Assembly (NCBI GenBank): GCA_951406725.2 | Contig: OX597817.1 | Coordinates: forward strand, 68,510,001 to 68,574,000 | Direction of reading: 5' to 3' | DNA: 64,000 bases | DNA from: Octopus vulgaris | Lineage: Eukaryota | Part shown: in pieces, positions 12,403 to 27,728 of the stretch | How positions within the stretch are numbered: the stretch's first letter is position 1 | Layout of the letters: every line of letters begins with the position of its first letter | Notes under the pieces: model-generated | Told to the model about the DNA's origin: nothing | What the model saw: only the letters and a program-made list of their open reading frames with translations | The model's database searches: none | Position numbers and translations under genes: made by a program

Positions 12403-14074
12403 CTACCAAATCCACTCACAAGGCTTTGGTGGGCTATAGTAGAAGGTACTTGCCTAAGGTGCCACGAAGTAGGACTGAACCCGGAACCATGTGGTTGGGA
12501 AGCATGTTTCTTAACACACACCCACGACTGCGCTTAATATATATATATATATATATGAACGCACATGCGCCATAGTGTCTATATTTGTCCCTCATCACCG
12601 ACTGACAACCGGTATTGGTGTGTTTACCACCCCATAACTTGTTGGTTCGACAAAAGAGACCGATAAAATAAGTACCAGGCTTTAAGTGCAAAAATGCACC
12701 GGGGTCGATTCGATCGACTAAAGTTCTTCAAGGCGGTGCCCCAGCATGGCCACAGTCTAATGACTGAAGCAAGTAAAAGTTAAAGTAATTAGTGAAGATG
12801 TTATATAACCCTAGGTCAGGTCTAATTACAGGAATTCTAACATGAATATTCTAGACTTCTAATAAAAGGTATTCTAGCTATAAACAGTTATAACCCCTCT
12901 TATCCAGACTAGATTAACCCCAAACAGCCGAAGAAAAATACCCTAGCTGAAGGCTTTGCACACTAAATACAAGTGCGTTAGGGACTTGTGTATGCAATAC
13001 AGTGAAGTGAAGAGACTCGATTAACTGAGATTATACATGAAATTAGTAGATTTAGCATCTATGCTTGCATAGATAATCTCAGTCAATCGAATATTTTCAA
13101 TTATTCTCGGATTCCCTACTACCGATTTCTTCTGCAAAATCGGGATAACGGCGGATTATCTGAGAAATGAGTCCTTCGAGGTAGAGTGGTTGTTGCAGCA
13201 CTTGTCACTGTCCATACTTCGTGGCAACGTCATCGCTGTCATTATTGCGGGGCGCCGCTTAGCACACCATTTGTTTTGAGGTGTATCACCCATCATCCCC
13301 TCCCACCCCACCTTTTCTTTACTCCCTTTATTACTTTCTTTTCCTTTTTAAATTTTTTGTCTGTTTCTTTGAATTTGAATGTTATAATTTAAAATATGAT
13401 CTGTTGTATAATATTGACTGTAGAAATAACAGCTTTTTACATCTTCTAAATTCTCTATATTATATATGTGCAACTCTATCGTATATGTATTTATATAGAA
13501 CACCATTCTAAAGTATTTTCCATTCAGTCATATTGATGATATTCATAATCAGCATCACCGCCATACTTACTATTTCTTTCACTGTATAGCATCAGCCCAT
13601 ATAATCTTGTAAAGGGGATGTTTTATTGAGGAGGTCTAATAAAACAGAAACATATCTCTAAAACAAGAACGATATCCATTTTCAAAAATCTTTCATTTGG
13701 CTTATAATTTAGAACGATCCTGCTTGCATTTTTATCTGCTTAATTTAGGAATTAAGCACTCTAAGAGTAAGTATATATGTTGTCTATTAATTTCTTGAAT
13801 AATTTCAACTAATTTAACCGTTACAACTAACTATATTGATGTGGACCCCTAGCGTATTTACCGTGTTAATGTCATGATTGTGTTTGCTGTCTTGAGAAAG
13901 GTTAAATAAATTAAACATCTAAATATACTGGAGTCTGCCATTGAGGATTGTGTATGTAACTCATGAGAGTTTGAAATCTCTAAGTTTGGAGTTTCTTACG
14001 AATATTTATTTTAATCTATGTACATACAGGCTATATTGTTTCTAGTATATTTATATTTTATCTACAGTTATTTT

Positions 14075-14124
<50 letters not shown>

Positions 14125-14629
14125 ATATTGACCCCTATAGGGACATTAATATTCATATAACAATGAAATACAGTATTGTATATTTAGCAAGATTTAATTC
14201 AATATTTAACCCTATCGTAATTAACGAAGTAGAGCACTTTATAATGTTAATTCATTTAAACCTGTTCCCCGCGATCTGAGAGCATAAAAATATTGCATAT
14301 TCATTTGGTCGTTCCCTTTGTTCTGTTGCGTTTCGTCTCTTTTACCAAACAAATATATAACACATAAATTAAACAGACATGATTAGAATACTTTCCCCTC
14401 CTTTCCACCGATGACTGTGTATGTAACTTATGAAACTTCGATCTATCAAAGTTCGGAGTTTCATACGTATATATATATGTATGTATATGCAATTAGAATA
14501 AAGGCACTAATGAATAGCGCAACATGCTAGAAATAGACGCTAAATTGCTCTAAGAACTACAGTTATTTGCTCCATTAGCACGGATTGAAAATATGTATAT
14601 TTATATTTATATGTATATAGTAATACCTA

Positions 14630-14660
14630 CTAGCTGGACCCGTGAAAATTTCACGGAAAA
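14630..14660 (-). mobile_element. Helitron-like 3' terminus
   Basis: Hairpin ccgtgaaaatttcacgg followed on the minus strand by CTAG|T; 5' end not located. Confidence 0.45.
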
Positions 14661-14699
14661 CATGAAAAATGTAAGCATCTGTAAACAGTGTACTGGTGC

Positions 14700-14845
14700 T
14701 ACGTCTTTACGTTCTGAGTTCAAATTCTGCCGAGGTCGACTTTGCTTTTCGTCCTTTCGGGGTCGATAAATTAAGTACCAGTTGTGTACTAGGGTCGATC
14801 TAATCAACTGGCCACCTCCCATCAAAAATTTCAGGCCTAGAAAAG
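14700..14845 (+). mobile_element. SINE family B (Nin/Deu-like central domain), partial
   Basis: gttctgagttcaaattctgccgaggtcgactttgc...cctttcggggtcgataaattaagtaccagttg. Further degenerate copies near 3345, 8090, 20355, 25230(-), 40825, 52180 and 60000-60490. Confidence 0.8.
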
Positions 14846-15024
14846 TATATTGTGACAGTTACAGAATATAGAAAGTAATATTACACCAATGACTACATAA
14901 TCCAACTAAAATGTCTCAGTCACACAAACATAAACGGAATTACTATTTAACCTTAAAATACATCGTACGTATTGAAAGAACCTTCTTGGTTTAGTAGTAC
15001 AGAACGTTTTCCTGGTATTTTTTT

Positions 15025-15185
15025 ATGCTTTTATTTGTTTCAGTCATTTGATGGTGGCCATACTGGAGCACCACCGTTTAGTCGAAGAAATTGACCCTTG
15101 GACTTATTCCTTGTAAGCCTGGTGGTTATTCTATCAGACTCTTCTGCTGAACAGCTAAATTACAGGGATGCAAACGCACCAACAT
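15025..15185 (-). mobile_element. SINE A tail fragment
   Basis: ttgtttcagtcatttga...ctggagcaccacc is the reverse complement of the SINE A tail. Confidence 0.75.
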
Positions 15186-16288
15186 CGAGAACGAAATAAT
15201 AAATGGATTTATGAATGAAAGTTTGGTAATTGCGTTTATTTCCACCACGCGACACTTATTATTGCAAACATGCTTTAACTAACCTAAATTATACACACAC
15301 ACAAATACTTTCAAATATATATGTCACGATGAAATTCAAAGGGGCCAACCTTGGCATATTCTGTGTGAGGCTGAATCTCCTCGGGAACTACGTTAATGTT
15401 ATGCATGTCTGTGGAGTACTCAGCCATTTGTGAGTTAATTTTATCCTTGTGTGGTAATGAAAAGTGATATTGACATCCAATATTTGCTGTGTCTATGTAT
15501 CTATGTATGAACTTTTCTTAGAGTTCGAAAATAAGGTTTCTTTTATTCTTTTACTATGAACTTATTTCTCCGTTAACTTTCCTTGCAGTGAACTTTCCTC
15601 GCAGTGAACATTCTTTACGGTGAACTTTCCCTGTGGTGAATTGGTGACGGTGAACTTTCCGGACATGCTTTTCCATAACCATTTCCTTCTCGTTTGCGTT
15701 ATCAAATTTTCGTCACGGTAAACAGGACTTTACTGAACCGAATAGGTGGAAGCCGTAATGCACTAAGTCCAGCCCATTTTGCCGGTTACCGGATTTTTGG
15801 CAAAGATGTGTGATCACGCACGGTCATGGCGAATGTGGATCGTTTTTAGTTCCCCATTCAGTCTCTTCCTTCCAATGATTTCGCTAAGCTTTTATAGCGT
15901 TTCTATGCACCGTTCACTATTCCCATTACAGAAAATCAAGAAAAAAGACGCCACAAAATACTAACCGTGACTTTCAATGCAAATCATTATCTCTTGAATT
16001 CCTTAGACCTTGAAGAAGTAGTGAAATGCTATTCTGTTATCTGACTTTCCTTTTCCGAATCATAAACATAGGCCTACATCTAATTTCCTGTCATAAAATC
16101 GGAAGAAATAGGTCTTCGTTAGATTCTACGCTTCCAGCAGATCAAAGCATACTTCTGCCCTTCTCTTCTTCATATTAAGTATCATTCGTCGAGATACCTA
16201 GATGCGTATTTACGTATGTAGTTGCAAATCCATCCATCCATCCGTCCGTCTGTCTGTCTGTCTGTCTGTCTCACCTTCTGATCCTCTC

Positions 16289-16332
<44 letters not shown>

Positions 16333-16335
<3 letters not shown>

Positions 16336-17012
16336 CTATTATGGGATAAAATTTTCGAAAAAATTTTATCAATGGCTAGCATATTAAAAAATACCTTTAA
16401 AAGTTAAATTTATAAACAACTTATAAACGAGACGCGTGCTTATAGTGATGAATTATATGGTTATTGGCGATTAAGCCTATTTTCGGCATATTTGGCTTTA
16501 GAATATTTTTCTTTTGCTCTTGTTTATAAGTTGTTTATAAATCTAACCTTTAAAGGTATTTTTTAATATGCTGGTTATTGATAAAATTATTTCGAAAATT
16601 ATATCCTATATTAGATGTAAATTTAATACTATTCACTTCCAGACTCTCTCACTCTATGAGAATTTTCAGTCTGATCACACGTTTCTCGACATTTGCAGTA
16701 GAATTTCTATTTTGGATATATTTGGGGTACTTAAATGTACACATGATTTAGTGTTTTCTTCTTCCATGGGTGCATGTAAGTATTTCATATATTTCTTATC
16801 GTATTTATCGCTGACGACGAGAAAATTCTTATGAATTAACTCAAAAATCGGTGCTGATTCGAAAATAACAGAATTTAAAAAAAAATTCTGTCGGCTTGCT
16901 TCGGGACGTGTGCTTATAATGATGAATTATATGGTTATTGACGATTAAGTCTATTTTCGGCATATTTGGCATTGGAATTTTTTCTTTTGCCCTTGTTTAT
17001 AAGTTGTTTATA
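16333..17012 (+). mobile_element. Penelope-like pseudo-LTR element with inverted and partial-tandem structure
   Basis: Inverted repeat 16333-16432 vs 16518-16617; direct repeat 16431-16539 vs 16905-17012; degenerate hammerhead (CUGACGA at 16811, GAAA mutated); flanked by (AT)n; homologous to 27768-28146. Confidence 0.7.
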
Positions 17013-17868
17013 TATATATATATATGCGTGTGTTTGTGTGTGTGCGCGCCTGTGTGTATGGATGTGAGTGTGTATGTGTGTTTATAAGCATATAGGTATG
17101 TTGGCTCGCTACAAAACTAGTCCCAGAACCTTTTGATACCACCTCGTATATAGACCTGTAAGAAATATATTAAGGCATTCCCATAAAAAAGCTATAGCAA
17201 CAAGATGTATTTTAATTCCACCTCTTTTCGAATAAAACTATTAAAAATTTCGTAAAAGCAAGTTTCTGATGCCAACACTAATTTTGAACTCTTTCTGACT
17301 TATACTCTATTAAAAAACCGAACAGACTGGTATTATTTATAACCATTCTCGTATGAAATATAAAATAGCACACCGTCCTATATACGAAGATTAATCCTAA
17401 AACAAACTTCAAGCATCACAAAACATGACCTAAACGAAACATCTTCCACATGAACCCCTATAAAGGTTTACATCTGAAGCCTTTCCATACATACATGCCC
17501 CAGTGAACCCAAAGAATAACAAACTGCCTTTATCAAACCAGGAGAAATGTCGCCACCATTATTTTCCACTTCACTGACACACCACAAACATACTTTTCTC
17601 CTGTACTTCTCTACCCACCCCTTGCACAATTAGTTCTATTTTTTTTTGTCAGCATACTCAGTTATACCACATCTAATTTTCATTCACATTGTTCCACCCG
17701 CCAAAATACCCCCGATCAAAAAACACTCTATATGGGGCCTGGAAATCAAACTAAACTAAGTCTCATGATTGCTAGTGAACTGAACCTTGGAAGTGAACCA
17801 TGTAAAAATTAATAAATATACTACACACACACACTCACACGCACACGCACATACACACACACACACAC

Positions 17869-17900
<32 letters not shown>

Positions 17901-18232
17901 GTACGCTCGCACGCATAGTAAAGACTGGATGCGTTTCGTTCTCGATCTTAACTTTTTGCATACTTTAATGTATCTTAAGTTTACACTTGTGAATTTTCAA
18001 CTGAAATAGTAACCGGTATTTACCAATAATACTAGCACTTAAGACTGCATAACTACTAAGTGCATGTTACAAAAGCAGAATCTTACTTTGCTTTCATCCA
18101 TTAGAATGCTTAATGAGACTCTTTGTAACATAATTTCAGACATTATATATTAATGTTTATCTTTTTCTAGTTTTTTTAGCTATTCATATTTTAGATTTCA
18201 TACTCTACAAAATTATTCTGTGTTTAGCTTGT

Positions 18233-18307
<75 letters not shown>

Positions 18308-19860
18308 GTAAATATAATGCATGCAAAGTGTTTTTAGAAACGCTTATTTAGAATATGAAGTCATCAAAGTTTAAATGTTTCTCGACTTTATAACTAATAT
18401 ACTTTAAAATGTAATGCAATATATATAGTAAACTCTAAAGAATGTTAAATAAAATTACGCGTTATGGTTATGAGATGTAGTTAGCAATCACATGGTTAAA
18501 CGTTCGATCTCACCGTCTGAACTTTGGGCAAGTGTACTTTATTATAAACTCGAGTCGGTCAGAGATATGTGAAAGAAATTTGATTGATGGAAACTGAGGA
18601 ACCCCTCTCCGCACGTGTATGTGTATACATGTACCATACATATCTAGTAACTGCGCAGCTACTGAGAATTTCACATGCATCATGTGAATGTATTGTACTC
18701 ACCATGTAAAACAAATACTTGTGCTCTATAACATGTCTCACGCACTCTTTCGATTGTTTGTGAACCAAATTATTATAAATGTATTCTTTAATTAATGAAT
18801 AAAGTACATAATTAACATTGTAACTGCCACTAATTAAAACATGTTCTCTCTCTCTCCCATCTCTCTCTCTTTCTCTCAGAGATGTCAGTTTTACAGAATT
18901 CTGGATTCTTGAGATATCTTTTCTTTTCTTTCGAGTTGATCCCAACAGTCATCAGGTGTTAGTTTCATAGAAGTGGATATGATTCCAGTTCATCAAGAAT
19001 TTATATTGTATTGTTTTTAATAGTCCTTTATTTCCTTTCGATATCGAAATATATTCCAATGATCATTTCATGTTATTTCACATCTAATCTTTCTTTAAAT
19101 TACTCATACATCTCATTCGTACAAACACGTACACACCGAGTCACACACGCGCACACACATAAGTGGGGATATGTTTGCTATTTTTGACAGACCGAGAGGC
19201 TACGGAAAGACTCTCTCTTTGGTTTCGTCTAATCTGTAAAGAACTTTGGTCACTGGAAAATCAGCACCTTCAAAAGAAAAAAAAACTATTTTCTAGTCTT
19301 TAACAACAATCACATTGGATACAACCACTTCGGCGCTTTGTGAAAATTAATTTTGTATTCACATTTTCATTTTTTTTTTAAATTACATTTTATCATATAT
19401 TACTATAAATATGTCTACTGCCTTGGGTGTGATCTACAGTAAAAATTACTTGACAGATAAATTCACTCTGTGTTTTCTCCACTTATTTTAATGCTTTCCA
19501 AGGTTATTTGAATTAACACAAAAAACATTTTTATCGTAGAGTTTATTGGTATTTTACTAGCTCTATTCTTCCTCTACGACTTTTGTTCATCATATTTGAT
19601 ATTTAAAAAGACTTTTAGCTCCTTTCAGACATGTGATGATGGTGTGCAAAGTAGAAAACAACGAGCAAATTTATCTGACAACGCAATATTTTATCCAGTG
19701 GCAACCTGGAACACCATTAGCAGACTTAGGTTTTGTCATCTGACAGGAGGAAAATCGCAAGTAGACAAGATGCCAGCAGCTCTCCGTTAGTAGGTTTCTT
19801 TTCGAACCTAGAAATGCCTATCGACTCAGTTTGATTGAGCTAGCGATTGGCTTCTACGGA

Positions 19861-20061
19861 AGGCTGCGAGCTGAGAGAAACATTAGGGTGAAATTCTTAG
19901 CGGTATTTCGTCTGTCTATACGTTCTGAGCTCAAATTCCGCCGAGGTCGACTCTGCCGTTCATCCTTTCGTGGTTGATAAATTAAGTACCAGTTGCGAAC
20001 TGGGTTCGATCTAATCGACTATCCCGCCCCCATTTCCCCCAAATTTCCCTAGAGTAGAAAA
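19861..20061 (+). mobile_element. SINE family B with ~16-bp TSD
   Basis: Family B head and body; flanking direct repeat gattggcttctacgga (19845-19860) / gattggcatctacaga (20062-20077). Confidence 0.8.
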
Positions 20062-20862
20062 GATTGGCATCTACAGAAATGAGCTAACATCCGTCTCCCC
20101 CATCGTTATTAGGGATACTGAATTTTCAATTTACAATTTTATTATTTAAAAAAATCGCAATATATATATATATATATATTTCAAAATAAGAAATGTAATA
20201 TATAACTGCCACGTATTTACATGTAAGATTATATTTCCTGGTACCATGCCGTTTTTATCAAAATAACTTTTCATCGAAACGACATTCTGTAGAATAATTT
20301 TGTAAATATTTTAAAAATAAACTCTCTTGTCGACAGCTATGTGATTTGTGATCATTATTTAACTTTGATAAAGCAGTGAACTGACTGAGTCTTTAGCGAT
20401 TCGGAAAAAATAGTAAGTGGCATTTCTCCCGGCTCTTTATTTTCAGGATTTAAATTCAACCAAGATCATCCTTTCGCGGTCGATGAAATAAATACCAACT
20501 GAACACTTGTACTTATTATATCGACATACCCCTCCCTCTAAATTATTGGCATTGTGCCAAATTTGAAGCCATTATCTAAGTGTTATTGTTAACAATGAAC
20601 CGTGGTGTACGTCGCAATGGTTAAAAACCATTGGTTCTAGGTCTCAATCTGCGAAGGGCGAAATAATTAATTATCAGTAATCTATAGCACATAACTTATG
20701 AAAATGATACAAGTAGAAATTCTTGTCGTTTTTTGTTCATGTTCTTTTTTTTTAATTTGATTATTAAATTTGATTATGAATGTAAATTCTATTTATGTTA
20801 TGATAAAAATTCTATATTGAAAATTGTTTTACAAAATGAAATTTTGTAAAACAATTGTAAAT

Positions 20863-21268
20863 GAGCAGGAGTGGCTGTGTGGTAAGTAGCTTGTTTACCA
20901 ACCACATGGTTCCGGGTTCAGTCCCACTGCGTGGCACCTTGGGCAAGTGTCTTCTACTATAGCCTCGGGCCGACCAAAGCCTTGTGAATGGATTTGGCAG
21001 ACGGAAACTGAAAGAAGCTTGTCGTATATATGTATATATATATATGTGCGTGTGTGTGTTTGTGTGTCTGTGATTATCCCCCTAGCATTGCTTGACAACC
21101 GATGCTGGTGTGTTTATGTCCCCGTTACTTAGCGGTTCAGCAAAAGAGACCGATAGAATAAGTACTGGGCTTACAAAAGAATAAGTCTCAGGGTCGAGTT
21201 GCTCGATTAAAGGCGGTGCTCCAGCATGGCCGCAGTTAAATAACTGAAACAAGTAAAAGAGTAAAGAG
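20863..21268 (+). mobile_element. SINE family A, full length
   Basis: High similarity to 808-1230. Confidence 0.9.
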
Positions 21269-21282
21269 ATATAGATGCAGGC

Positions 21283-21765
<483 letters not shown>

Positions 21766-22871
21766 AAATTTATAACCTCATTCTTTGGAAAGTCATTTCA
21801 ATAAAATGGCGTCTCACCGAAGAGTTGTTTCGGTGAAAAGTATTTTCGATGAAATTACGTTTCATTGGAAAGTCGTTTCGATGAACAGCCGTGCCAGGCT
21901 CCAGGGTATCTATAATCAAAGACATTCAAGATGGAAGCCATCTCATCATTTCTTTTATTTTCAGACAGTGTATCTAGAATTTCATTATTCAATGTCACTT
22001 ACTTTCAAAACCACAGGGTACTTGATTTCAAGAAATATTGGCTAATACACAGACACACAGACACACACACACACGTACATACATATACACGCTAGCGAGC
22101 GCATAGCCACAAAGAGAAACGGATCGTGTCAAACGAATTGGAGAATTGTGCTCAGCACATGTTTTAAAGTATATGATTTATTGAAATTGAATGCTTTTCT
22201 CGTGATTCGAATTTCAATAAAAGATGTACGTATGTATGCATGCATGTATGTATGCATGCATGTATGTATGCATGCATGTATGCATGTATGTACGTATGTA
22301 GTAGGACGAGTGACTAATGTAGATGCTTCAGTATTAGCTTGTCCTGGAAATAATTCTAAAATTAGAAAAAGAAAAAAGACTGAGCGTGATAGAACTTTCT
22401 CTTCAGGCCGGATGAGCATCAAATACGACAATAATTCACCCCGGTAGTTTGGTGATGAAACGGAGAACAACAATAACTAACAGTTCTAGAGAGAGAGGTG
22501 GGGGAGGGAAGACAGAATGGGGGAGAGTAAAACTTTTCAGATGTGTATTCTTGCTGTAGATGTAAAATACTCAGCTGATAAAAAGTATTTACACTATCAT
22601 AATCTCCAACTTGTTTAGTTTTGCTTACATTTGTAAGAATCGTTTTTTTATAATTAAACTAGTTGAAACTATATTTATGCTTGCCTTTTCACATAGGTGT
22701 GAGAGAGGGAATGTGACTGCGAGAATTAATTACAGAGTGAAAACGTGGGTGAATGAGTGAGAGAAAGTGTGGATGAGAGAGTGGGAGAAAATGAGGTGAG
22801 TGAATGGGAGAAAGTCTGAGGGGGGGGGGGGGGGAGCAGGAGAATGCGTGACGGAGTAAGTAGGAGCGAGT

Positions 22872-22910
<39 letters not shown>

Positions 22911-23789
22911 GGTGAAAAAGTAAGTGAAAAAAACGTTAGGAAACGTGTGTGGGGCAAAATGTAAGAGTTAAGATATGAGAGAGAGAGAGGGGAAATATGA
23001 GTAAGGAATAGAGAGAATGGGTGAGAAAAGAGAGAGCGAGAATGTGTGTTTGTGTGTTTGTGCGTGTGTGTGTGTGTGTGTATGTGTGTGTGTGTGGGTG
23101 TGTGTGTGTGTACTGTGAGAGAGTGAACTATTAAGTTAGCGAGTTAGATGAGGTTTGAATTCATTGCACTTAAGAACACGTTTCTAGGTTAACTTTATGA
23201 CAGTTTTGAGGTAATAAAGGGCCCGTCAGAGAACATACCCAATAACAGAAGGATAGAAAATTCGACTATATTTGCTTTCATTCAGCTTTGGTGCTACTTG
23301 AACAACGCCCCTTCTCAAACCTATTTATTATTTTCTAGAAAATTATCATCTCTCGGTTTGGAAGAATACAATGAACAAATTAACTAGTTAAGAAAATCTC
23401 GATAAGAGATGAAAGCAGTAACTATACTGAGAAGTAACATTTATCGCCACTTAAACATGGCTGTTTTGTAGAAGCCGACGTTACTGCTATTTTTAACCCA
23501 AGGAGAACGCCTCCTCCCGCTGGTTATTCGATGCGATCTGATCCGATATGTATTGCAAGCAGGAGAGTGAACCCCTACCATCTTCTAGCCACGAGACCAC
23601 AATGAAAATTACGTACAAGTACACCCCTATCCGTCATGAATGAATGAATGTGGCTTGGTAACGTGTGTACATGCTTTCAGTTGTTGTTTTAGGTGCCTGT
23701 ATAGTCAGGATCAGCCATAGACACACTTGAGTTCTTTTCACTCTAGATTCAGCAGAACATCCAGGATGTGACGGCTGGAGAAGGTGACG

Positions 23790-23940
23790 TGGCACAAGTA
23801 AGTAAACTGGGACAATGTGAAATGAAGTGTTTTGCTCAAAAATACAACTCGCTTCCTCCGCTGACCCCTGTTCCGGAATCGAATTCACGACTTTACGATC
23901 AGATACCAAAATCTCTAACAACTAGGCGACGCATCTTCAC
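23790..23940 (-). mobile_element. Another tRNA-derived SINE family, degenerate
   Basis: Minus strand shows gcctagttgtt (A-box-like), gaattcgattcc (B-box-like) and ttgagcaaaacacttcatttcac. Confidence 0.55.
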
Positions 23941-24370
23941 TGGAAATTGCATAACACCTACCATAAATATAGTTTTGAGCGTATTAATAGAAAATCACAA
24001 GGTAAACTGAATCAGACAACATTCATATTTTAGGCTCAAATATATACGATACAAACAATTGAATCAAATATATCATATAATAGTCTCAAATACATTATGC
24101 GACATTGATTTCTTTTATAGAAGACATCGATTTCTTTTGTCATTATGTTAATATTAATGATATGGATACAAATAATGTGAACTCTGAGACCTACTGTATT
24201 ATTAGATGCCCCTAGTTTAAACTATACTATGAAAGGAAGAGTATAGAAAGTGAAAGGACATTATACCCACACACATGATACACACATACATTCATACATA
24301 TATATGTCTATATGTATGTACCTATATATCTTATATCTATATCTACTAAATCTATATCTATATCTATATC

Positions 24371-24456
<86 letters not shown>

Positions 24457-26713
24457 ATGGTAATACATACTGACGAGAGAAAGATGCATGATCAAGTTTT
24501 ATCCAATTTAATGGTTCACCGGTGTCAAATGGGATAAATACAAGCTGCAATTACTGGCTGAACTTCTATCGGTTTTCTTCCTACTTTCCACAATCTTCTC
24601 GCATTTCTTTCTAGTTACATAACGATTGTAGGAGGAGTATGTATAGGACCTACTCTATCACTCGCGAATTCTTGCAACACACTCAGACATATGCACGAAA
24701 TTATAGATATACTTAGTATTGTAAAAATTAATATCCTATATGTTATGAAACGGTTTTCTAGTTTATTCCTTGATATTCTCATCACCGTCTTTCAGTAGTC
24801 GGGAATTGTTTTTCATTTTTACCCAAAACTCTCTCAGGACGTTACCGTTAAATTTGACAGTATCTAAATACGTTGGATATTAGAAATACATATTTATCAA
24901 GAACAGAATGTTTTATCAAAACTATGGCGAGTTTGAAGTTAGGGTGTGTCTGAAAGATGAAATCCGACTATTTTCATTGGCGCTTTTGCTGAAACTGGCT
25001 GATGATGGAAGTCGCAAGATCGGCGTGCAGAAACAGGTCACGCCTCAGTAATACTAAATAGGTATTCATACTTATATCTGTTTCTCTGAAATCTTTTCCT
25101 TGGTTGTTTCACGTTATTTGATGTTTATTATATAATGTTGCAGCATACATACATATATTCGTACATACATGCATGAATACATACACACAGACATACGCAC
25201 ACGTGTGTGTATGTATATGTGTATGTATATTGGTTTCAAATGTTGGCACAAAGCCAGCAATTTCAGTGGGGCGTATCGACCCCAGTATTCAACTGGTACT
25301 TATTGTACCGATCCTGAATGGATGAAAGGCAATTTGATAAGTGTGTATGTACATTACATTTCATCACATTACATGGAACAATCTAACTTCTCTATATTGG
25401 CTTGATTCAAAAACAGTTCCTTCATGCTGCTGTGAGGATTGTTTTAAAGATAAAAGTCTATGCTGGCGGCATTAGTATCAACCAGGAAGGCAATTGTTGT
25501 GAGTTGGAATTACCTTACACACTCATCATGTACACACTCTTTGCCTTATAACCAATTTCTTACCGAAGGTAATTTTGCAAAGGCAGAGTATGACGTAGGT
25601 TGTTAGATTTGTCTAAGCTTAAGCTATTATGTGTATGTCAGTTTCACTTAATTAGACGGTAAATCCAAATCAAATTTTAACAGACTTGTGTTTTCTGATT
25701 ATCTTTCTGTAGTAATTTTAATGACTTAGTCGGAGACGAAAAGACATTCCGTCTTTGACCATCTCGTATTTCTTTTATAGTCATCACGTGCATCGGATTA
25801 CAATATCCTATATATTCAATCACAATACAAGAAGGGATAGCCTGAGAGAAATTTGGCATGTATAGCTAACCATTGATAGCCATTTAAAGGGTACCGCCTA
25901 AGAAAAATGATACTATTATAGAAACAGGCTGGTTCTTAAAGGAAAGACTGATTTTTAAAACAAAGTACAGTGATTCTATTGTAGCTGAAATAATGTTATT
26001 TAGCCACAGTTCTTCTTTGATCGAGTAAACTTATGATCAAACGCATATAAGGCATGCTCATCGCGTCTTTTATTTCAGGCCTTGTGCATTCATATCTCGG
26101 ATTATAATAGATATTTTTCAAATTGTAAATAATGCTGTGCGATTTTTGGTGGGGTGTGAATCCTATGTCGAGCAGTTCCATTATATAGACCTTATGAAGT
26201 TGAACAATGCGGACAAGGTAGATACTGGTGAATTTACATGTACGTAACTGACAAAGTTAAGTGTGTATAAGTGTGTGCATGCGATTCGAGGGTGTATCTA
26301 CATGCATGTGCATAATCACATGCGTATATAAACACATATATCCATACACATATATTTATGAACGTATATACATATGCATATACATATATACGTAAACTCA
26401 GATGCAGACACACACACACACATGCATATGCGTATAAACACATATGCATGCATATATGTATATGATTGCTCGAACGCATATATATATGTAGGTATATTTA
26501 TATTAACCAAAATAGACAGCATTATAGATCTATTAGAGTCGATTTTACTATCGATTTCGCATCGGATATTAGGTAACTGAGTTGTTATTGAATGCACGTG
26601 CTCTTCGGGGATGGCAAGTGTGTTAAAAACACGGATACTCTATTAATATACTCATTCTATTAACAAATATATGCATGTCTATTTTTCTGACTTATGAATT
26701 CCGAGACGATCGT

Positions 26714-26757
<44 letters not shown>

Positions 26758-26760
<3 letters not shown>

Positions 26761-26926
26761 AAATTGAATAAGGGTAGAAATTGATATTAATCAATTAACA
26801 CCAGTGGCCTAGCATAATTTAAAAAAATCCGAAGATTAAAAACTTTTTACATACAAAATTTAGAGGACTGACCACTATCTAGCATATAGGCTGTCTATTT
26901 TTTTTAGTGGTCAGTCCTCTAAATTT

Positions 26927-26991
<65 letters not shown>

Positions 26992-27104
26992 ATCATAATA
27001 ATATATATTCTCCGATTTCAAGCGACAGTTTTTAAATACAAACAAATGGCCGCAAAAGGATGAACTAACCTCAGCCAGAATCGGAGAATATATATTTTTA
27101 TGAT
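26758..27104. mobile_element. Two short fold-back inserts in (AT)n, probable PLE remnants
   Basis: Perfect 27-bp IR 26851-26877 / 26905-26931, and a 26-bp IR 26992-27017 / 27079-27104. Confidence 0.5.
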
Positions 27105-27214
27105 ATATTATTATACAGTTATTATTATTCTATAACTCTTCAGTCGTAGTAGCTTTCTCTCCGTAATTTACAAAGCCTTTCTGGTTTGTTTACAAATGTT
27201 TTATGTAGTATATA

Positions 27215-27228
27215 TAATAATAATGATG

Positions 27229-27298
<70 letters not shown>

Positions 27299-27345
27299 TA
27301 ATAATAATAATAATAATAATATTAATAATAATAATAATAATATAA
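27215..27345. repeat. (AAT)n microsatellite
   Basis: Direct inspection. Confidence 0.95.
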
Positions 27346-27533
27346 TTATGATTAAGGGCACTGGAATGTCAGCGTCTATAGATAGATAGATAGATACATA
27401 CATACATACATACATACATACATACATACATACATACATACATACATACATAGAGAAACACTTGCATACCTACACACGCACTTATAGTAACAGAGATAGA
27501 GAAGAGGAGACTGAAAATATAATCAATTTGTAA

Positions 27534-27597
<64 letters not shown>

Positions 27598-27598
<1 letters not shown>

Positions 27599-27728
27599 TT
27601 ATTTTATTCCACGTCTGTCTATTAGAACTTTCTGAAAACAACTGTAAACTGTGAAACCGGTTGAAGCGTTAAATGTATTTAAAAACATTATTTTAACTAT
27701 TCTCAGTGCATTTTCAACTTCTATTTAC

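Larger units (their letters stand above)
11526..12537 (-). mobile_element. SINE A (minus strand), interrupted in its (AT)n by the fold-back element
   Basis: Reverse-complement tail at 11526-11730 and reverse-complement head at 12400-12537. Confidence 0.8.
11432..12785 (+). mobile_element. SINE A split by nested insertions (5' part ~11432-11512, tail ~12575-12785)
   Basis: 5' part tgtcttctactata...ggaaactgaaaagaagcccgtcg and tail ...gactgaagcaagtaaaag lie in the same orientation on either side of an opposite-strand SINE. Confidence 0.7.
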
